NCBI GenBank assembly: GCA_964016885.1
Contig: OZ024742.1
Span: 207,390,001 to 207,454,000, forward strand
Origin: Eledone cirrhosa
Lineage: Eukaryota
Direction: 5' to 3'
Length of the DNA stretch: 64,000 bases
In this document: positions 42,618-57,394 of the stretch, piece by piece
Layout: every line of letters starts with the position of its first letter
How positions within the stretch are numbered: the stretch's first letter is position 1
The notes under the pieces: model-generated
What the model was told of the DNA's origin: nothing
The model's input: only the letters and a program-made list of their open reading frames with translations
Database searches by the model: none
Translations under genes and position numbers: made by a program

Positions 42618-44449
42618 AAATTAGAATTTTGCAAAGAACAAATGGTTAACTGGAATGCCTTATGGAAAAAACAAAACAAGGACATATTAATTTTCAAAAC
42701 AAGGACATATTAATTGCTTATATTGTTTAAGAAAATAGCCTTTTGGATCGATATTCGTGGTTGAAAACTTTCTCGCAAGGAACAGGAAGTGGTGCTTATC
42801 ACAGTGAATGGTATTCATAATAAAGTAAATAAACTCCAAAGCAAAACATCACGCATACAGTCAGAGCTTAAAATCTGCTTAAACATTTACACCTATACAA
42901 TAGAATAGACGAAAATAATAGTCTTGGAAATATGAAATTGAATGAAAAGTATGCAATAGGAAGAGCAAGATATTTCCAACAACACTAACAAAACGTAAAA
43001 CCCACATTCTACCAGTTGTAAATATTGTGCATCATGACTTGTATCAGCTAATGGAAAAAAGAAGTGATTAGATGAAATATGTAATATCAGACAGTGCCTT
43101 CTTGCTCAGTGAGTATATGTAGGGAACTTCCACATGCCCCTAAAAGAGAATATATCTGCCGTGTAGCTGAATTTATACTCCATCGCCCGGGGCACGAAAT
43201 CTTGAAGCATACATATGTTTTTTTTAAGATGGCCAGAAGGTAAGGAGATAGATATTAATGGCGTGCCATAAATCTGCTTGTTTTTATCTCATGAGAGGGA
43301 ATTCAGAAAGACAAGAATCCCGATCAGAGATATTGGCATGAACTTCCGACCATTGGCTAGTTGTCACTGTAGCTCAACGATATATATATATATATTGTGA
43401 GTCGATGACGGGAGGAGTCTGTGTCGACAACCACACTCTAATGTCTTCTTGTGGCCATATAGCTATCCCGGAGCTCTACTCCTCTGAGGGAGTGCAAAGT
43501 TGGTCAATAAGATTTGTGAAGCAGGTATGAAGTAAGGAGAAAGTGCTACACGCGTGTGTGTAAAGGCAATATATTCAAAGCGAGGACCATTAAAAGAGAT
43601 TCATTGAATAGAGCACTCTTATTTTGTACGAGTGAGGTTTTCAAAATCTAAACCAGCCAGTCTGTGTGTATTATCAAAAGAAAAGTAGGTACCTTACTGG
43701 GACAAGGTGATTAATTTTTCCAAACACTACTTTCCAAGCAGGTTAACATATTATGGAATACACAATCTATTAATAAGTGAAAACAGTAAATTCCTATCAG
43801 TAATTTTTTATTATTTTTTAATTACTAAAGCAATCTGTGAATTCTGCCATATGTGTACGTGTGTATCTGTAACACCTTTCTCGTGCACGTATATGTTATG
43901 TTTAATAGAGACAAGTACTAAAATGGATGAATAATACTATAGACAGTAGGTTTCTGTAACAACAGCTGATACCAAACACCTAAATTTCGTTATTGCATTA
44001 AATCCACAAAAACAATAATATAATTAAAACAAAACAATGTAATTCAATACGAAAAAAAAAGGTTCACGAGATAATTTCAATGGCATGTTACTGTGTGATG
44101 ACGGAAGTGAGTTGTATATATCGACAACACTTCTAGGTTCCACCAAAATGTTTTAATTAAATATTAGACTTCTGGATAAAGTCAATGATCGTGCAGCGTG
44201 CTTAGAGGTAAGTGAGACACCTGAAATGGCTCAGTCCCCGATACTAACAAAAAGTTGAATAATAACCCTGCATTTACCACATATTAATCTTAATATTTAC
44301 TTAGAATAGTTTACACACACTTCTAGGTTGAAATGTAAAATGAAGCTGGGTGAGATTAAAAGAACAACGAACGAGAAGGAATATTTAAAAGTGATCTTTA
44401 TATAGCACATAGTCACTTTTGAAAATGCCACTGGAGTTTCATGCAAGCT

Positions 44450-45330
44450 ATACTAGCTTGTTGGTGCTGTGGGTGTGTCTGTTTGCTTTGTGTGTGGTGC
44501 CTGCGTATTCTGTTGTGCGTGTGTGTGTGTGTGATGTTTGAGTTTTTTTATTTTCATTTTTCTTGTGATTGCACTTTCCTTTTTTGCTCGTTGTGTTAGT
44601 CCCTCGTCTTCACTACGAGAAGATAACATCTCTGTGTCACTTTCAGATGTTTGTGCATTTGTTTTTGTGTGGATGATTATGTGTGCATTTGTTTGGGTAG
44701 GGGATGGGGGTTGGAAGAGCTTTCCTCATCTGCCCCATGGGTTGATTCTGACTTGGTTGTTGTGGATTGTGATTTAGCTGCTGCTGCTGCTGGTAATGTT
44801 GTTTCGATTGTTTCTGCAGCCGGTACTGACGTTGTTGTTGGTGAGGTGGTTTTTCGCGGCACCAATTATGGCAGCAACGGAGTTTTGCGAGGTCCTGCTT
44901 TTTTCAGCTGAAGGCAAAATTCTCGCAGATATGTGGCTTCACCACAAACGAAATAGTGCGGCCTTTTACTTTCAGTATTCTCCTGTATCTCGCAAAATTC
45001 TGGTAGTATGACGTGGCCTGGGAGATTTTTAATATCCTGTGGTTAGATTTGGAGACGAATCTCCAAACTAGTCCCTGACCATTTCTCCCGCTTTTTAAAT
45101 TTCTGTCGCCACGCATCCCAGGAGCCACCATAGGTCCAGTACTGGCAAGATCCTGGGACCGAGTGCCTTACGTTCTTTTCTTCATGTCGGATGAGTACAT
45201 TACAATTTGCTCCAATTTGCAGGGGAGTATCGAATGTTTGATATCAATAGCCTCAGTTTTGAAGCACGCCGAGTTGCTCCCTAATTGTTTGGCCCTTGCT
45301 ATATGCTCAATGTAATTTATGATGCACGTA
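44450..45330 (-). mobile_element. Possible decayed retroelement ORF1/gag-like remnant
   Basis: Thr/Ser/Ala-rich tail preceded by a degenerate zinc-knuckle-like stretch (RPHYFVCGEATYLREFC). Confidence 0.25.
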
Positions 45331-46188
45331 GGAGGACATCTCAGCTTTGGGAGATTGCACAGAAATGAACCTATATTTCAAAGTTCTCCTCTCCATAGCG
45401 GCCATCACCTCCGCTGGGGCGTTACAGTTTGTTCAGGTCTTTTCATTGGTGATGAACTTTTCCGCCTGGATAAAACTTTTTTCTTTTCTATATATATATA
45501 CGGAATCAGTGGAAAAGATAGCTGAATTCAGTTTTCCTATAGAAAGGAATGGCGTAAGAAAGACTAAAGTGTGCAAAGTGGAGAAGCATATATTAATGTG
45601 CATGCGTATAATTTGGCGAGCTTGCTGGATACATCAATTACTATCAGGCAACCAGTGTGTAATGTGCTGTACCATTTACTCGTTGCATTTTCATGTAGTC
45701 CAACATTGCCAAACATGATCCAGAGATACTGCGTATAGGGATAGCCTGAGATGTGACGTGGAACCAGATATGACCCGGAAACAGAGGACAGCCATCACAG
45801 AGGAAGTATGCAACGTCTACAATGCCCCAAACTCACGACAGGTGCGGAGAAAAATCAAGGTAATACTGACTGTTTTCGTCACCTAACAAGCTGATGTGTA
45901 CTATGAATACGCACCAATAAGACAAATAATTACAGAATAATCCTATCAGGAAGTTCCCTGGTGCAGTTCTGAGCAAGAGGCTTAATCTGTGAAGCTCGGA
46001 AAACTAGTAGCGCTCATTCTCGCACCTGATACAAATTTTGTAAGTTTGAGCACATGCGGACTACGACGGCAGAGCTGGGAGCCATTCCAGAAGAAACCTT
46101 TCAAACGAGTTTCTGATATGTATATATGTATGTATCTATGTATGTATGTATGTATGTATGTATGTATGTATGTATGTATGTATGTATG

Positions 46189-49100
46189 TTATCTCTTTCT
46201 CTTAATTTCGAGTATATATTTGACCGGCTACCTTCCTGGTGGCAAGGTTGTAAAAGAAAAGAAATTGTCATACCTTGAATCGCAAGAATGTTTTGCAAAT
46301 TTTGAAGGTGCCAGCTATCGCAGCCATTTGTAGACTATGAATTAGGGAGCTGCGCTCTTTGTCCGCAAATCCAAGTTCAGTTATATATTGGTTCAAGCGG
46401 GTTGGTATATAACCCGTAGCTCCAATAATGATGGGCAAGAAGCTAAAGGTGTGTCTCTGATACTGGATTTGTAAACTCCTCATCGATGATCTGTAGATGT
46501 CCTCCTTCTCCTGTATTTTTCTGACAGCGTTTACATCAACAGGGCAGCTGATCTCTACAAGAAAACACGTTTTCAATGTGTGGTCCCAAACAACAATATC
46601 AGGCCGGTTGTGCTTTAATTTGGTGGCAGTTTTTTTTATTTTCAGGTTCCACCAGTATTCCTTAGTGCCATCTGTCTCAATATATTCTTCCTCGTTTGTT
46701 TTCAATTTTGTTTTCCGAAGTGCGTTCCAGATGGTTCTAGCTATCACATCGTGTCTCATGGAGAGGTAGTAGCGAGATGACATTCTTTCGCAGCTGACAA
46801 CAATGTGGCTTACATCTTCGATCTTTGTTTTACATAGCCTACATTTATTGTCAGCTGATGGCCCTCCTCTTTTGTGAAGCAGATATTTGGTAGGGAGTTC
46901 ATGTGCCTGTATTGCATAGAGATATCCCTCAAGGTGTGATGTCATAAACTTGTCGGAACTCCATGCCAGGCTTTTTTAGTGGTTTATCCCCTCTATGGTC
47001 TGTATGTTACGTCTCAAGTATCCGTGCACAACTTTTCTGTAAATTGGTCAATTTGTTCATCTCGTTTGAACATTGAATAGGATCTTCCGATTTCTCTGGG
47101 TGAGAGACTTATATCAGGCTTTATTCCATATTCCTCCTCCAGATCAGTGGCTATCCTAATGATATTTTTTTCTTCATGCTCATAAACCTGGGCAAGTTGG
47201 TTGCCAACCTTTTTCCTCTGTTGAAGATGTTGCTTCAGTGTTACTATCCGGGTCACATATGATGTTAATATGGATTTTAGACCACGGCCACCTTCCTTGC
47301 GTGAGAAGTATAGCCTATCCACATCACCATTGATGTTAAAGTTCCCAGTAACACTGAAAAGTTTGCGAGTTCTAACATCCATCTCATTTAGTTCTTGCAA
47401 TGACCAGTTCAGCAGGCCAAATGTTGGCACATCATAAGTATTGTTGGCAATGTACTTGTTGTACGCTGACAGTTCTGATGACCACATTTTCTTTACTCTT
47501 CTGGAGTATTCAGTTCTGGTTCTCTCCTTATTTATGGATCCATCATATCTGACATTCTCATCCTGTCCAAGATATCTGTAGTTGTCACCTGACTGTAGAG
47601 GTTGTATTGTCAGGCCGTTCATCTCTAGATTTCTAGAGGACGGCACAGCTCTTCCACGTTTTACTGTCAAATATGCACGCTTGGACTCACCAAATTTCAT
47701 TTTGATGTCTGTTGAAAATTGTGTAATGAGGTCCAATTGTTTCTTGACGTCATTGATATTTGGCCCATACAACTTCAGGTCATCAACAAAGAAAAGATGA
47801 GAGATACTTCTGGACCCACTTCTTTGTCCACTTTGTTTCCTGAGTAGGTAAGATACCCTTCTGGTAATGTATCTTATCAGTCTTAACTTGCTCCTTCTCA
47901 CCTCTAAGGATCAAATTGATGTACCACTTCTTGGTCAGACGTTCAACAGCAGCTACCAGTGGTTGTGGGACTTTGGCTAACTGTAAAGCCTTAACAATCC
48001 ACCCATGAAGTACACTATCAAATGCTTTTTGATAGTCCAGCCACACCACAGTCATGTTTCTGCGATTCTTTGTTGTTTTTTCTTGAATCATTTTATTAGT
48101 TAGTAGGTGATCTATGCAACCCCACACCTCCCTCTTTCCACCAGCTTGCTCAGGTTTTATAATGTTGTTCGTAGCACAGTGATCCTGTAAGAACAGGTTA
48201 AGTCACCCAGTATATCATTTATGCATGATGTTTTGGCAGGCTATTGGGCGGTAATTTTTAGCAAGGGTGGTTTGGCTATTTTGGGTAATGTGGAGAGTAG
48301 TGGCAGTTGATAACCATCTGGGCAGTTCTTGTGTGCCTTTAATGGTTTCTGTAAACAGCCGTATCAGATCTTGCCGATAGAAAGGGAAATTCTTCAACCA
48401 GTATCCTATTATGAGGTCTGGGCCTGGTGATTTCCTATTCGACATTTTCTGTAGAGTTGTTTCCAGTATTGACTCATCTATGTCATATTGTTTTGTCTGG
48501 AAATGTTGGCAGTAGTCCTGTTCCAGTTCTTTTAGCCATTTAGTTTGTCCGTTTCCCATACAGATCTCCAGTAGCTCTCATCCTGTTCTTTTGAAGGCGT
48601 GTCATTTACAGAGATTGAGCTTTTGCCACCGAAGCTGCGATAAACTGATTTAGGATCTCTGGCAAACAATCTATTTAGCACTTGTCGTTTATGTGCTGTT
48701 GACTTATATTTTAGTATTTCTGTTGTAGCAGTGAGTTGTTGTTTCAACTGGTGTAATTTGGAGTTTAAAGTTTTAAATTTTGTATCTCCAAATCGTCTCT
48801 CTAATTTTCTTTACGTCTTCCTGGTGTCGTGTGAAGTTACATTTCATAATGACTGCGATTTGTGCGATTTGTCTCAGGAACAAAATTTTGCTTTTTAAAT
48901 TTCGTATCCACGTTGGTTCAGGCTTTTTGTTCGTATCTTGATTGCGTGGCTTTAGATGTTTTTTATATGATAGCAATGTGACAGCTGAAACAGATAACAA
49001 AATGTTAAGCATTTCAAATGTCGTTTCTACAACTTTCGATCGTATAGCCTTCAGATAATTGTCAGCTATTTCGTTCACTGCTACCAATTCCAGTTTAGTG

Positions 49101-49968
49101 GGTTCTTTACTGATTCTGGTGTGGTATGGTCTGTCACTCACATAAGGCTGTGTATCTCTTGAAACATATCATCCCATATCACTTGTAAGGTGTCTACAAG
49201 TTGTTGCTGTTCTGTTTGTACAGTAGAGTTATGAATTTCAGCCTCGTTGTTGATGTGGTGACAATTACTACTAGAGTTAGCTGACCATTCTCGTTGTTCT
49301 TCAGTGGAAGTGGGATGGATTTCATGAAAATTGTTGGTGAGCTGGTCACTGCTAGATTTAGCTGGCCATTCTCTTTGTCTGTCAGTGGAAGTGGGGTGGT
49401 TGTCTACAAGGGCTTTCTTTGTAGTATCACTCAATTCCGTTAGATGTATAAATTTTCATCTAATTATACGTTTTGCCTGTTCATTTAAATGCTTTGGAGA
49501 AAAGTCTAATTATGGGTGTTTGGAGTTCCATAAATTGTTTAGACTTTGCATAAAACCGAACTTTGGGGGTTCAGATTGTTTGTATCGTTCATATTATTCT
49601 TTGTTAAGCTCGTAGCTCCACTGTATACAACGGTTGTAGTTGCGATTTGGTCGACGAAGACTTATACGTTTTGCCATGATGAGTTCGTCTATTCACTAAT
49701 ATTTTGTATTTATTTTTCAAAATAGTCGATGATCTTCTTTAAAACTTTCGACAAAGTTCAGTCAGAATCAAATTTAAAGTTATTCACAGCTTGGGTAATA
49801 TTTCTTTTCAGTTAGTTTTTAATTCTACAATTGTGTTTTAAACGTTGTTTTTGAATCGTTTGAATCGAGAACAAAAAAATAAACGTTACTTAGTATATTT
49901 CTTTATGAATGTAATATAATATAACAACGCTGTATTTATATGTTAAAGTTTATGTATCATTCTTATAA
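46189..49968 (-). mobile_element. Near full-length R4/Dong-type non-LTR retrotransposon (RT + CCHC + restriction-like endonuclease), frameshifted
   Basis: KSPGPD, NYRPIAC, WLDYQKAFDSV, HLFFVDDLKL, YRYLG, REGGRGL-like, CRLC..HIVVSC, RHD, HNRPDIV, EISCP; flanked on both sides by (TATG)n. Confidence 0.93.
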
Positions 49969-50047
49969 ATGTATGTATGTATGTATGTATGTATGTATGT
50001 ATGTATGTATGTATGTATGTATGTATGTATGTATGTATGTATGTATG

Positions 50048-50078
<31 letters not shown>

Positions 50079-50316
50079 GCATATATGTTCTTCTGGTTTT
50101 ATAATTTCATAAATGTTTGCCAATAGAGGGAGAGAGTCGGTTTCTAACATAGACACAAGGCTCTCTCATTGGAATTACACAACCTCAACTAGGTAGATAT
50201 GTATGCATGTCTGCATGCATGCATGTGTAGGTGTGGATGTTATTGTATGTGGATCTTTAGAGTTGTATGTATGCATGTGTAAACGCTTTGTATCTGTATA
50301 TGTGTATATGCAGTTA

Positions 50317-50641
50317 TTAGATGCAAAATTGTTGGAATGTTTTACATAATTTTACTGTTCCATTAATGGATTATACTTGTAATTTCCTAACTAGTTGTGA
50401 TCTTTCTGTTCCTGTGAAGCCTAGCTTCTTAAGATTTGTATTGGGGCTGTTACTAACATACCCCAGTGCCCCAATAATCACAGGCATCAATCTGAAGGTG
50501 TAATCAGGGTGGAGTATCTGCAGAATTCTCATCAGTTCTGCATAAATATTCTCCTTTTCGCTAATCTTTGATATTATATTGACATCTGCTGGGCAGCTAA
50601 TTTCCACTACTGTGCATGCTTTCTTCTCCCTGTCCCATATC
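50317..50641 (-). mobile_element. Short 3' fragment of a second R4/Dong-type element
   Basis: IWDREKKACTVVEISCPAD...PVIIGALG; joined to (TATG)n at 50644. Confidence 0.85.
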
Positions 50642-50672
<31 letters not shown>

Positions 50673-50758
50673 TGTATGTATGTATGTATGTATGTATGTA
50701 TGTATGTATGTATGTATGTATGTATGTATGTATGTATGTGTGTGTGTATGTATGTATG

Positions 50759-51260
50759 TAGTGGCCGTACTCGAAAACGAGTTGACAGCCACCATGTATG
50801 TATGTATGTATGCATGTCCGGGAGAGATGACCCCTTAGCCTTTGTCAAAGCAGAATTCTAGGAGACGGAAAACCCTGATATAACACCTGCAACCCTGATG
50901 GTATCCAATGATGTTGACTTGTTCTTCTTTTGGGTAAATATCATCTTGGTTAAGAGAGTGGGACTGGCTTTATGCAGTGCCTTTGCTCATTATAAAAGCT
51001 TCACGGCACAGGCATTGCTTTATATCTGGAGATCTCTCTGCACTTGTCGTCACATGGTACCATGGGCCCAGCACTATGTGTTAATAATTGTCACAAGTGT
51101 AGTGTTTGTACCACAGTTTTCAAGTCACTGGCTGGACTAAAAAGTCACACTCGTTCAACGCATCGGTAGGGTTTCTCCTACATGGATATAAAGTAGTGGC
51201 CGTACTCGCAAACGGGTTGGCAGCCACCATGTATGTATGTATGTATATATGTATGTATGC
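50759..51260 (+). mobile_element. Bipartite RTE-derived element (50820-51240) plus a 35-bp 3' stub (50759-50795), both with (ATGT)n tails
   Basis: 51098-51169 reads CSVCTTVFKSLAGLKSHTRSTHR* (C2H2 finger); tail cagccaccatgtatgtatgt. Confidence 0.65.
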
Positions 51261-51874
51261 ATGTGCGGGGACATAGAAATAATCGGGCTGGATACCCGAT
51301 CGCGTGGCTAAACCACTGGGAGTGAAGGACTGCTAGCCTTTGTCAGGGCATTCTTCTAGGAGAAGGCAATTCAGGAAACTGGGATAACTCCGACATAAAA
51401 TCTGCGGCTCTGTAATTACCGATGATGTTGATATCTTCTTCTTTTCGGGTTATAGCTACTATCGTTCGGAAAGTGCTTTTGGCTCAGTGCACATCTTTCC
51501 TTACTTAAAAAAAAATCATGTATGCATGTATGTATGAATGTGTGTATGTTTGTATAAATGTATGTATATATTCATGTATGTAACTATGTATAGATATATG
51601 AATGTATTTATGCATGTATTTATGTATGTATTATGTATGTATGTGTTTAGGTATATATGTATCTATGTATGAATCTAAGCATGTATCCATGTATATATGT
51701 TTGTATGTATGAAATGAATCATTAACTTCGAATAAATTATCTACATGTGTTATGCAGTCAAATATAAACACTCCCTCGCCTACCCCCACGCGCCTTCCTC
51801 CCAATCTTTCTCTCTCTTTCCCTATATATATATATATATATATATAAAGAGAGAGAGAGAGAAAGAGAGAGGGG

Positions 51875-51956
<82 letters not shown>

Positions 51957-52539
51957 CACTTAGACACGCCACACACCTACATGTTTATGTTTAGTTAGAT
52001 AGGAAGATAAATAATTTTTCTAATATCCCAGTAAATTTTATGATTAACTGCTATTTGAAGGCCGAAGGATGTCACTTATTCGACGATGTGAATCATTTAA
52101 CTAGAAAATTGTTACCATTCAGATATAAATATTTTCTCCCATACTATCACTTTGTTTCTCTCTTTTAATATATTTAAGACCTACATTGGCTTGTATATAT
52201 TTGATTTCTTCTCCTGATATTTACGACCGATGTTTGTCCATAGGTATAGGTGTATGTGTATGTCTCTGTGAGGTTTATTATATGTGTGCGTACGTGTTGT
52301 AGACCCTTTTCCACTGAGTGTATATATAGTTGATGGCTGTATTCTGGAGCATAAATATGTTTTGCTTTTAGATACTTAACTATCAGATCACACACTCATC
52401 TACTCTCTTACCTGTTTATTAACGAACTGCTACGTCTGATAGTGAACGCTCCTATGAAGATATTACTACTGTTCACCGTTTCATAACATTTTGGACGCAG
52501 GTATCAACATACGCAACCTATACACTTCATGCAAGGTGC

Positions 52540-53170
52540 ATACTGACTCCATGAAGAGACAGCTTGGGGGTATTCTTCTCTGAGAATATGATAACCTGGT
52601 CATTTTCAACAACACCTAGTCTCAATTACTACACACATCTATGATACTGTTTAGTACCTTACACTCTGTAATCATGAGCAAAAGAACGGAAACCTCCAAA
52701 GCTCCTACAACTACCTGGTTTTATAATCTTGTATGATATTTTACAACGATCCATCTAAATTTATAACATAAAACATTCTGCATCACAAAATCTAGAATTT
52801 CTCTTCAGGGCTACTAAAGAATAGTTATTGACTGTCAAAAATTCAGTAAGAGTCATATTGGGAAACACAAACATTTTATATTTCAGATAAAAATCTTGAA
52901 TGCTGCAATAACCAGCATCCTTTTACCATTTTTTCTCAGATGCAAATCTACCGCTCTTTAACACTTCATACACTAGTACAATGGCATATATGCATCCACA
53001 TTTTTTAGTCGTATATTCTCTCGACCTACTTCAACTTGTAACATACTTATTGTGTTACACATTCCTGACCCCACATTAAACACTTCATCCATTTCTTCTC
53101 CCTCAGAATTGTAACCCACTGGAATTCCATCCACGCCAATTTAGTTCCCACAGATTTCCAAGCTAAACAT
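52540..53170 (+). mobile_element. Decayed CR1/L2-like LINE 3' remnant
   Basis: HFFSLRIVTHWNSI near 53090-53130, plus eroded upstream motifs. Confidence 0.45.
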
Positions 53171-54081
53171 TAGCAATACCAATGGTACCGGTCTGCGAAG
53201 TCCTGCAAAGATCATACGTCATTAATTGCTTTCGTTTTTCTTTGATAATCTGATATCAAATAGAAAGGTTATATAATACAGTTATATACTACAAGAGAAT
53301 TTTCAGTCTAAAAGATTTCAATTTGTTGGTTTCTAAATTGTTTGAGCCAAATTTGACTAACTTCGCACATTACCATCTTAAATCCAATAAAGGCACATTC
53401 GAAAATACAATTTTATAGATACTATCTGTAAAAAGACAGGATAGTCAAGGTCGGAACTCCTTAAACTATGGGCTTACTTGATCAGTGATGATATGAGACT
53501 AACCACCTATTACTAGAAAATGATGAATCCTTTACACGGTCATATTTCCCGTGAGAAATAACAGCTAATTTGCCTTAAATCACACCTTATCGTATTAGCA
53601 AAGGAAGGGCAGGTTATATATTATATGCTTAGACAATGAAAGAATGGTTAGTCATAGATCTTTTAAGAAAATCTCTTCTTGATCAGGATTGTTCTAGAAC
53701 TAAACAAAAACAACAATAAACACATATGTTATATGTTTGAATAGGAGTGAGCAGCGCTACTCAACCCAGAAACCTAACCCTATATATCGGCCTCATGTAG
53801 CTGAATCGATTGCGAAATATTAATGTATGTGTATTATACGTTTTTGGGATGAGCAGGTATGCATTGTCAAAGATGTGATCAGGGGTCTTTGAATATCAAA
53901 CAAATCCATAATACATCTGTTTCTCCCAAACCCAAGTCTAGGTAATTTGTTCAATCATTCCTCCTAAGAAGCGCAGCCCTATGAAATTCATTCACTGTTT
54001 ACGGTTTTGCTAACATAATTCTAAGCTGGACATATACGGCTTCTATCTTCCAATTCTTGAGAGATAATACCAATAACAGTA

Positions 54082-54269
54082 GTAATTGTTTATACTTTTG
54101 GCACAAGGCCAGCAATTACCCAGTTCATTACTGGTACTTTATTTTATCGACCCCGTAAGGATGAAAAGCAAAGTTAACCTCGGCGGGATTTGAACTCAGA
54201 ATGGCAAGGGCCGTAACTCTATGCGTCAAAGCATGGCGTCCGGCCCTCTACCGATACTGCCAATCCACC
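54082..54269 (-). mobile_element. tRNA-derived SINE copy with TSD
   Basis: accaataacagta duplicated at 54069 and 54267. Confidence 0.9.
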
Positions 54270-54389
54270 AATAACAGTAATAATAATTACTACTTTGACG
54301 TTAAACTTCGCCAGTTGCAGACTACGCATCAACATGAAATATTTTTCTCCATAAAGTTCGATCACCAGCAGCAGAGTTTAAAGAGCAAA

Positions 54390-55110
54390 ATCAAGTCCAC
54401 TTCATAAGCTGACATTATCAAGCCATCATTTTGGTCGCCGGCCTCTTCTTCTCTTACCAGCCAACCTTCCTTCTAGGCATAACCTACTCACACCACGAGT
54501 TGATCTTTTTATATGACCGTATAGTTTGAGTACACTTGACTTGAACATTTATGTAATTGGTCTAAGTCTGGTAATGTTGGGCAGCTCACTGATACAGATA
54601 CAGTCGCTGAGTCGCTTGCCAGTAATAAGTCTCATGATGTGGTTCTGGAATGTAGAGAGCTTCTGAAGTTACCTTGTCGTCCAATTAACACAGTCAAGAC
54701 CATATAACAGAACTAGTATAACTAAGAATCAAAAAGACTTTATAATAGCAAGAAAATCTTCAGCAAGACATATTAGACACCACTGCTCCTAACACTCCTG
54801 ATATATCTGACCATTGTATGGTGCGCACGAGATTTCACATCAACTTTGTTTGGTCAGAAAGAACTAAAATACCATCGAAAGTTAACTTGGACAAACACTC
54901 ATGTAACGAAAGAGCAAGCCTATTTAAACGCGAGTTGCAAAACCACTTTTCAGCTTTGCAACTTGATGAAGACTCCGACAAGATTTATGGTACTATCTGC
55001 AGAGGCATAAAAGAGGTATCTGAAAAGATTTTACCCAAGGAAAGCCTTTCCATCCCACAATGGATGTCACAACAAACAAAGAAAGCAATATCTGAAAACC
55101 ATAACGACAA
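54390..55110. mobile_element. RTE-like remnants in opposite orientations
   Basis: Minus 54390-54730 gives LEGRLAGKRRRGRRP; plus 54780-55110 gives DISDHCMV..LQNHFSAL..PQWMS. Confidence 0.55.
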
Positions 55111-57394
55111 AAACAAAAACAACAACATATTCTTAAAGGGTTTAAAACACTGTTTATTTGAAAACAATTCTGACAGAATCAAAATGCCTGGTCTACAATT
55201 TTTGCACCACTTCTCATGTAAGTAGGTCTTTTCAGTTAATAAATTGGTTACTAGACTTGTAGCTTCAAAATACAGTTTTTGGAGCGATGTTAATAAATGG
55301 TATATGATTGAAAACATATTTGTTCAATTGTCTTAAATGGAGAACATGAAGCAGAACATGTCTGTATACACATGTATATACGCACACATACACAGAAAAA
55401 AGGCATGAAACCCACATTGATTAGAATTACGTACTTCACAAAGAACTTAGCACAATTCTTTAGTGAATAACAAAAGAAAAAAACGTTTTTAAAAAATCGA
55501 TAATTCCAATGAGATATTTTTCTGTCATTACAGAAAATGTTCATTGGGGGTTAGGGGCAAGTAAGTTGTCAGGTGGTATTTATTTATAAAGTCAAAAAGA
55601 AATAACGAAAAAAATAAGAAGAAATGAATCGTTGAAGATTTATGTCTGTCTAGGAATTCTGTCAGCCAGTCAACCATTTTCATGTTTGTGTTGAAATAAT
55701 GAATGACTCTTTTCTTTTACTTAATAGGTCAAAAAATGTATGTTCTCATTAATATTTATTTCAATAATTTTCGACAAGATAATAACTGCTCACAAGTGAC
55801 TTGAGTGACAAGGATTATTTTGTTAAAATTCGTACAACAAATAATAAACAGCTAAATCTGATGCTGAACTTCTGAAAGTTCATGCGTATTTTTAAAAATA
55901 ATTTCATTTAGAATAGATCGAATTTATAAGATGTGAATTGATTATATTTATTCTCTCTATACAACTCTTAATTCTATAATATTTTCGACTAAAAGGAGAA
56001 GAAATAAAACAAAAATGAAATGCAACATTTTATCTTAACTAAATTTTATTCTTTAAATTTTCCAAACACTTTTGAATTTGATAAAACATTTCTTATTCTT
56101 ATTGTCTTATACCCTATCATAAAAGACAAATTTACAAATTCCTGTTTGAAGAATAATCAATCAAATCAGCGTAAACACATGAGTGTTACTTATGTTATTG
56201 AGTTGCTAATAGTGATGGCAAGGGTGATATCTATTCGAAGTGCTTGTAGCAATTTATGTATTGTTATTCGTCAACATACATAAGATGAAAACCATTCCAT
56301 CCTTGATTAAATGCATCTATAACTATATTGACCAATGTCGGTTGTTCTAAGATAGAGTAATGCGGGATTGGTTTAAGGGAGATTTGGGTGCTATATCTAA
56401 CAGGTTGTTTGCTCCTGCTATATTTGAGGTTCAATGGATTAGGCCATCCTCACAGTATGTATACTTGTCAATTAATGCTTTCTATATGATCTGTCGTGTC
56501 TCTATATTTTAAAGGTTTTAATTGAGGAAGGTTTGTTTTACTTCAAATCCAAACCAGAAAGAAAATACAAATAAAATAATGCAATTTCCTCGAATTATTA
56601 ATTTCTTTTTGTTTCTTTATTTTACTATCAGGACGGCGGATTGGTGACTCTTTAAAGAACAGGACGTTGTATTTCTTTTGGCTCTGTACCATGGTTTTCA
56701 TTCTTTCGGTGTCGTTCACAAAAACAAAAACAAAAGATCACTCATGTACTAATGTTGTTATCCTCGACTGTTCCTCACATCCAAGTTACTCTTTCTTTCA
56801 CCGAAAAGAACAACAACAACAAAACAAAAACTGTTATGAAGCAAGTAGAATGTAAATGCATTTGTACGTTATTGTTTTTGTTATAGATATTATCCATCTA
56901 TTATTTATGCTGCACCTTTACAATTGCAGCGAATTACATGGTATCTTGATGAAGTCTGATCAAGTTTTGGTACTGCAAATATCAGATTTACTTCTGCCCC
57001 TGCGACGTGTGTTGTAAAATGTTCCATAGAAAAGTGAAACTAAATACTTTTGAAATATTCAAGAGTTGTTAATATAACATATGCAGTATCACGTTAGATG
57101 TCTGTGACAGTTGAAATCTGACACTTATTAATGTGACGCAAGTGAATTAAAACACAGTTTGGTAGCGTAACAGTGCTAATAACAAAAACATACCAGTATA
57201 CAGTAATACGTTATATATTAAGCACGCTATTAGAAATTTGTACCAAGCTGAATAAATATGAAAATAGCCATAATGGCACACCTATCTAGCTTTCCTTTGG
57301 AATTGCTGATCAATGGCAGAGATTAAGGATTCATGAGCTCTTATATAGAATCTTTTGAAGACGTATGCCCGCCGTTGAGAACCTTTGGACTACA

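Noticed and set aside
51098-51169. C2H2 zinc finger as an exon of a host zinc-finger gene
   Set aside because: It is embedded in a repeated element with a retro-tail, and the second copy at ~21969-22040 has lost a His ligand.
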